DNA of 64,000 nucleotides, from NCBI GenBank assembly GCA_963677495.2, contig CAXXOU010000004.1, positions 192,001 to 256,000 on the forward strand, in the 5' to 3' direction. Origin of the DNA: Candidatus Cloacimonadales bacterium (GTDB lineage: Bacteria; Cloacimonadota; Cloacimonadia; Cloacimonadales; JAFGVF01). Shown here piece after piece: positions 60,268 through 64,000 of the stretch (within the stretch, counting starts at the first letter, position 1; every line of letters begins with the position of its first letter). The position numbers and the translations under genes are program-made. The notes below the pieces were generated by a model. That model made no database searches, was not told the DNA's origin, and worked only from the letters and a program-made list of their open reading frames with translations.

Positions 60268-61238
60268 TGAAAATCTATCCAATTTTCATACCTCAGCAAG
60301 GCTGTGCTTATCAGTGCATCTATTGTAATCAATTCGAAATAACCGGGACTCAAGAAATAGATAAAGAAAAACTAATCTCTGAATTAAACATGTTCAAACT
60401 AAAGAACAAAGGTTTAGTCAAAGAGATTGCATTCTTTGGGGGAACTTTTACTGCTCTAGATCCCAACGTAAGGATAGAGTATTTTAATCTGATCGAACCA
60501 TTTCTTGATTCTAAAACTACTGTTCGATACTCTACTAGACCCGATTGTATTGATACAAGAATTCTAGCGGAAAGTATATTGAATCATGTTACAACGATTG
60601 AGCTTGGCATTCAAAGTTTTGAAGATAATGTCTTGAGATTATCTGGTAGGAATTACACATCCAAAGTAGCTATAAATGCAGCAAAAGCAATTAAGGAAAA
60701 TGGAATCAAACTAGGTGTTCAACTTATGCCTGGTCTTCCAGGTTATTCTCAAGAGTCATTAGCTAGAACTATTAGTATTACAAAAAAGATTAAGCCTGAT
60801 TTTGTTAGAATTTATCCCCTGTTAGTATTACATGATACACCTTTGGAACAGCTTTACAAAAAAGGTGTCTATAATCCTTTAAAGTTGCAAGATGCTGTTT
60901 TTGATGCAGTTGAGATGATAGATCAGTTTGAAGAATATGGAATCAAAATCGCAAAAGTAGGTTTGCATTCTGATATCACAGAAAGAGATGCAGTAGTCGC
61001 CGGGCCTTTCCACCCAAGTTTCGGAGAACTGGTAAAAGGTGAGTTACTAATTCGCAAAATGTTAAAAGAGATTAATCAGGATTGTGTACTGGAAATATCA
61101 GATAAAAATATTTCTTTACTTTACGGTCACAATCAATATATATTGAAACAGCTCTTAAAAAGATGTAGTTTCACAATTCATGAAATAGTGAAAAGTATGA
61201 AACTTAAGAAAGGGGAATTCAGAATATTATCGAGATGA
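60267..61238 (+). CDS. Radical SAM protein (Elp3/YhcC-like, rnc-associated)
   Basis: PIFIP..GCAYQCIYCNQ, FFGGTFT, STRPD, ELGIQS, AGPFHP. Confidence 0.85.
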   Translation: MKIYPIFIPQQGCAYQCIYCNQFEITGTQEIDKEKLISELNMFKLKNKGLVKEIAFFGGTFTALDPNVRIEYFNLIEPFLDSKTTVRYSTRPDCIDTRILAESILNHVTTIELGIQSFEDNVLRLSGRNYTSKVAINAAKAIKENGIKLGVQLMPGLPGYSQESLARTISITKKIKPDFVRIYPLLVLHDTPLEQLYKKGVYNPLKLQDAVFDAVEMIDQFEEYGIKIAKVGLHSDITERDAVVAGPFHPSFGELVKGELLIRKMLKEINQDCVLEISDKNISLLYGHNQYILKQLLKRCSFTIHEIVKSMKLKKGEFRILSR

Positions 61239-61247
61239 GGTAGTAAA

Positions 61248-62861
61248 ATGAAACGATATATTTTTCTTGTATTAATTGTGACTTTGTTATTGGGGTGCGA
61301 AATCAAGAGTCCTAATGGGACCAAGTGGGAAATAGATTTGAATCTTCCACTCATGGATGAAGTTTACCCAATAATTGACTTGGTTGATGATGAATATGTA
61401 TTCATGGATGAGGCGGATAGTACTCTATATGTTGAAACAAAAGGAGAGATTAATTCCAGAGAGATTGATGAGCTTAAAGTTGAACTTAATTCTGAGTTTA
61501 CTCTTAATAGCTTGAATAGCGATACTCCATCTTACCCCGGTAGTATTCCGTTCTTGTCAATTTTGCCTGATTATACTATCGAAGTCGTAGCCGGTAAAAT
61601 ACTATCCGGTGATTTAGTCGTAGTCATGAATGATATTGTAACTGAAGTTCATGATGGTACGGTTACTATTGTGTTTAATGAAGTCTATGATGAGAATGGA
61701 GAGAATTTCTCTCCAAGTATTGATATCAATCAGTTTGGTTCTCAAGAGCATAGATTTGAGCTAAATAATCATGTTATAAAATCTTCCGACGATATTATGT
61801 CCGGTAATACTGTAAATGAGCTAACTTTTACAATTAATATCCAAGATAATATGGGCTCTGCTGAAAGCATAAACTATGGTTCAATTGATATACGTCTTTC
61901 AGATATGGTCTATTTTGAATCTTTCTTGGGAAACATAACAGGATACTATTTAGATATTGAAGAAGATTTAGCAAATGTTGATATAGAATATCCACAGAAT
62001 ATTGATGATGTTGTTGTGATAGAAGATGCTAGAGTTGAATTAGATTTAATCTCAGACATTGGTTTCGAAACTACTTTTGATGGTTATATAACTTCATACA
62101 ATGATGACGGAGATAGTATTCGAATTGAGATTCTTGATGATAATGATAATAATTTCAGTATACCATCTGCTGAAGTATTGATTGATTCTGGTTATCCGAC
62201 AACCAGTCCTGTCACAAACCAATTTGTTAGCGATAAACAAATTGATCAGTTGTTTTCAATAATGCCAACAAGCCTTGTTATCCATAGCTCAAGAGTTTAT
62301 GTTCAGAATCCTGTAAATAGTTATGGTTTTATTGCATTGAATCATTCAGTATACGGTGACTACACTGGTATTATTCCATTCAATTTCTCTTTAAACGATT
62401 CATCAGTACCTTTGATAACAGATGATAGCAGTACAGCTCTAATTTCAAAGGAAAACCAGGATATTATTGAAGAGCATTGTCAGCGAGCTGAAATAGAGTT
62501 AGCTATAGAGAACAAATTGCCTATAGGTGGTCGAATTCAGATTTTTATTCATAATGAGCCATTAGGTGGTACAGTAGATTCATTGAATCTAGCAATGCTA
62601 CAACTAAAGGGTGAGTCTAGTGAGGATGAAGAAGAACCGGTAGGATATTATGTAAGCTCATTAAGTGAAAACACAGCATTCAATATACCAATTGAAAACT
62701 TTGAAGTATTCCTTAATGATGAAGTATATATCAAATTCCTGATGTATGCAGACGTTACTGATGAGCCTATATTAATCTCTGGTACTGTTAATGATTATAT
62801 AAGGATTTCGGGGGCATTGAAACTTACAGTGTTAATGCAACAACTTGGGGAGGCAGAGTAA
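61248..62861 (+). CDS. Acidic lipoprotein, unknown function
   Basis: Lipobox LLLGC after a hydrophobic stretch; beta-rich acidic sequence. Confidence 0.7.
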   Translation: MKRYIFLVLIVTLLLGCEIKSPNGTKWEIDLNLPLMDEVYPIIDLVDDEYVFMDEADSTLYVETKGEINSREIDELKVELNSEFTLNSLNSDTPSYPGSIPFLSILPDYTIEVVAGKILSGDLVVVMNDIVTEVHDGTVTIVFNEVYDENGENFSPSIDINQFGSQEHRFELNNHVIKSSDDIMSGNTVNELTFTINIQDNMGSAESINYGSIDIRLSDMVYFESFLGNITGYYLDIEEDLANVDIEYPQNIDDVVVIEDARVELDLISDIGFETTFDGYITSYNDDGDSIRIEILDDNDNNFSIPSAEVLIDSGYPTTSPVTNQFVSDKQIDQLFSIMPTSLVIHSSRVYVQNPVNSYGFIALNHSVYGDYTGIIPFNFSLNDSSVPLITDDSSTALISKENQDIIEEHCQRAEIELAIENKLPIGGRIQIFIHNEPLGGTVDSLNLAMLQLKGESSEDEEEPVGYYVSSLSENTAFNIPIENFEVFLNDEVYIKFLMYADVTDEPILISGTVNDYIRISGALKLTVLMQQLGEAE

Positions 62862-64000
62862 TGAAAAAAACAATAATTATTCTATCTATCCTTATGACTA
62901 TCGCACTTTGCTCTGCAACTTCCAGGTCAAATGGATTTGCAGGTAGTTTTATGATGCGAGCAAATACAACTGATGCAATCTTCTGGAACCCAGCCAATTT
63001 AGTAGATGATAAAGCATACATGGAATTGCCATTTACAAATTTCGATTTCGCAGTCTCTAACAATGCATTTACTATAGATACTTATAACTCGGTAGCCGGT
63101 CAAATGATTGATGTAGATTTGAAAGATAAACTGATGAAAGACTTGAATGGTGCGTTAGTACTAAAAGCTAGGGCATCAGTTCAAGAGTTTGCATGGAGTG
63201 ATGGTAAAACCGGACTAGGATTAAGAACGCACTATGCTTTAAACAGCAGATTTTCTGAAGAGTATATAAGACTAGCACTATACGGTAACACTCAGAATTA
63301 TTATGAGTTTGATGAAAAAAACAATAATATTGATATGTTAAGCTATATGGATCTTGCTTGGAGTTATGGTGGCTTATCAATGCCATATGTTAATGACTAT
63401 TTTCCTGCGACTTGGGGGGTTACACTAAGTACTCTGATCGGAATCAATAGTGTCGAAACCAAAGAGTATTCTGGGCATTTTTCTAATGGATTAGAAGGTG
63501 ATGAGATTAATGGTGCAGATTTTGTTCAAGACATTACTCTGATTTCAAGTACAGGTGGGATCGGATATAAAGGATTACTAGGTTTAGCACTTGAGCCAGT
63601 GGAAAATCTTAACTTAGGTATGACTTTTGATAACCTTTTTGCTAAGATATACTGGGAACTGGATAATCAAGAAATTCATTATATAGTCCATGCAGATTCG
63701 ATATTTATCTTGGATTTAGACGAGGATTTTTATAGTGAAGAACAAACAAATATGCAGATAAGTAAGCGTTCAACAAAGCTTCCTTTTGAATTCGCTTTAG
63801 GTTCAAAGTATAGTTACAAAAAAAGTTCTCTTTCCATGGATTATAGACAGGCTACTAAGAGTTCTGCATTTACTTCTGATAAACCTGATATATCACTAGG
63901 ATTTGAAACTATGTGGGCAGCAATGCCTATACAGCTTGGTATTAGATTTGGTAACAGTACAGTTCCAATGATTTTTGCATGGGGCTTAGGTTATAGATCC
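62861..64000 (+). CDS. Outer-membrane beta-barrel-like protein (truncated by the window end)
   Basis: ATG overlaps the previous stop; MKKTIIILSILMTIALCSA signal, DAIFWNPANL motif as in FadL/DUF5723-like barrels; absent from the ORF track, consistent with no stop before the window end. Confidence 0.65.
   Translation, partial: MKKTIIILSILMTIALCSATSRSNGFAGSFMMRANTTDAIFWNPANLVDDKAYMELPFTNFDFAVSNNAFTIDTYNSVAGQMIDVDLKDKLMKDLNGALVLKARASVQEFAWSDGKTGLGLRTHYALNSRFSEEYIRLALYGNTQNYYEFDEKNNNIDMLSYMDLAWSYGGLSMPYVNDYFPATWGVTLSTLIGINSVETKEYSGHFSNGLEGDEINGADFVQDITLISSTGGIGYKGLLGLALEPVENLNLGMTFDNLFAKIYWELDNQEIHYIVHADSIFILDLDEDFYSEEQTNMQISKRSTKLPFEFALGSKYSYKKSSLSMDYRQATKSSAFTSDKPDISLGFETMWAAMPIQLGIRFGNSTVPMIFAWGLGYRS

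Noticed and set aside
422..63386. Numerous 60-140 aa antisense or nested ORFs in the track
   Set aside because: They overlap well-supported genes and show no recognisable motifs.

Overview
This is a 64-kb, AT-rich chromosomal window from a Gram-negative anaerobe. Candidatus Cloacimonadota or a related FCB-group lineage is my inference from gene content: LptD/LolE/GmhB, secreted proteins with FlgD-Ig/T9SS-like tails, and a Na+-pumping methylmalonyl-CoA decarboxylase. Most of the window is housekeeping: purC, cdd, secG-tRNA-Leu, trpS, HU, gcvH-gmk, mmd, glmS, aroA, arcC, pdp, and rpmF-plsX-fabHDG-acpP-fabF-rnc. It also holds one intact IS3-family element and a four-gene two-component cluster. 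Main unusual signals: (1) A recurring intergenic architecture of 5-6 bp cores spaced 11 bp apart, enclosed by or arranged as inverted repeats. Three copies also carry an inverted DnaA-box-like pair (TTATCCACA-N3-TGTGGATAA) but otherwise differ in sequence. (2) A two-gene, REP-flanked island encoding an ABC-ATPase/SAM-methyltransferase fusion and a divergent class III nucleotidyl-cyclase-like protein, a candidate defence system. (3) A tRNA-Leu with the rare AAG anticodon downstream of secG. (4) A histidine kinase whose phosphoacceptor His is Tyr. (5) A likely arginine synthetase (ArcE)-carbamate kinase pair. (6) A probable divergent rpoZ. No CRISPR array or rRNA was seen. All calls come from reading motifs by eye; no searches were run.
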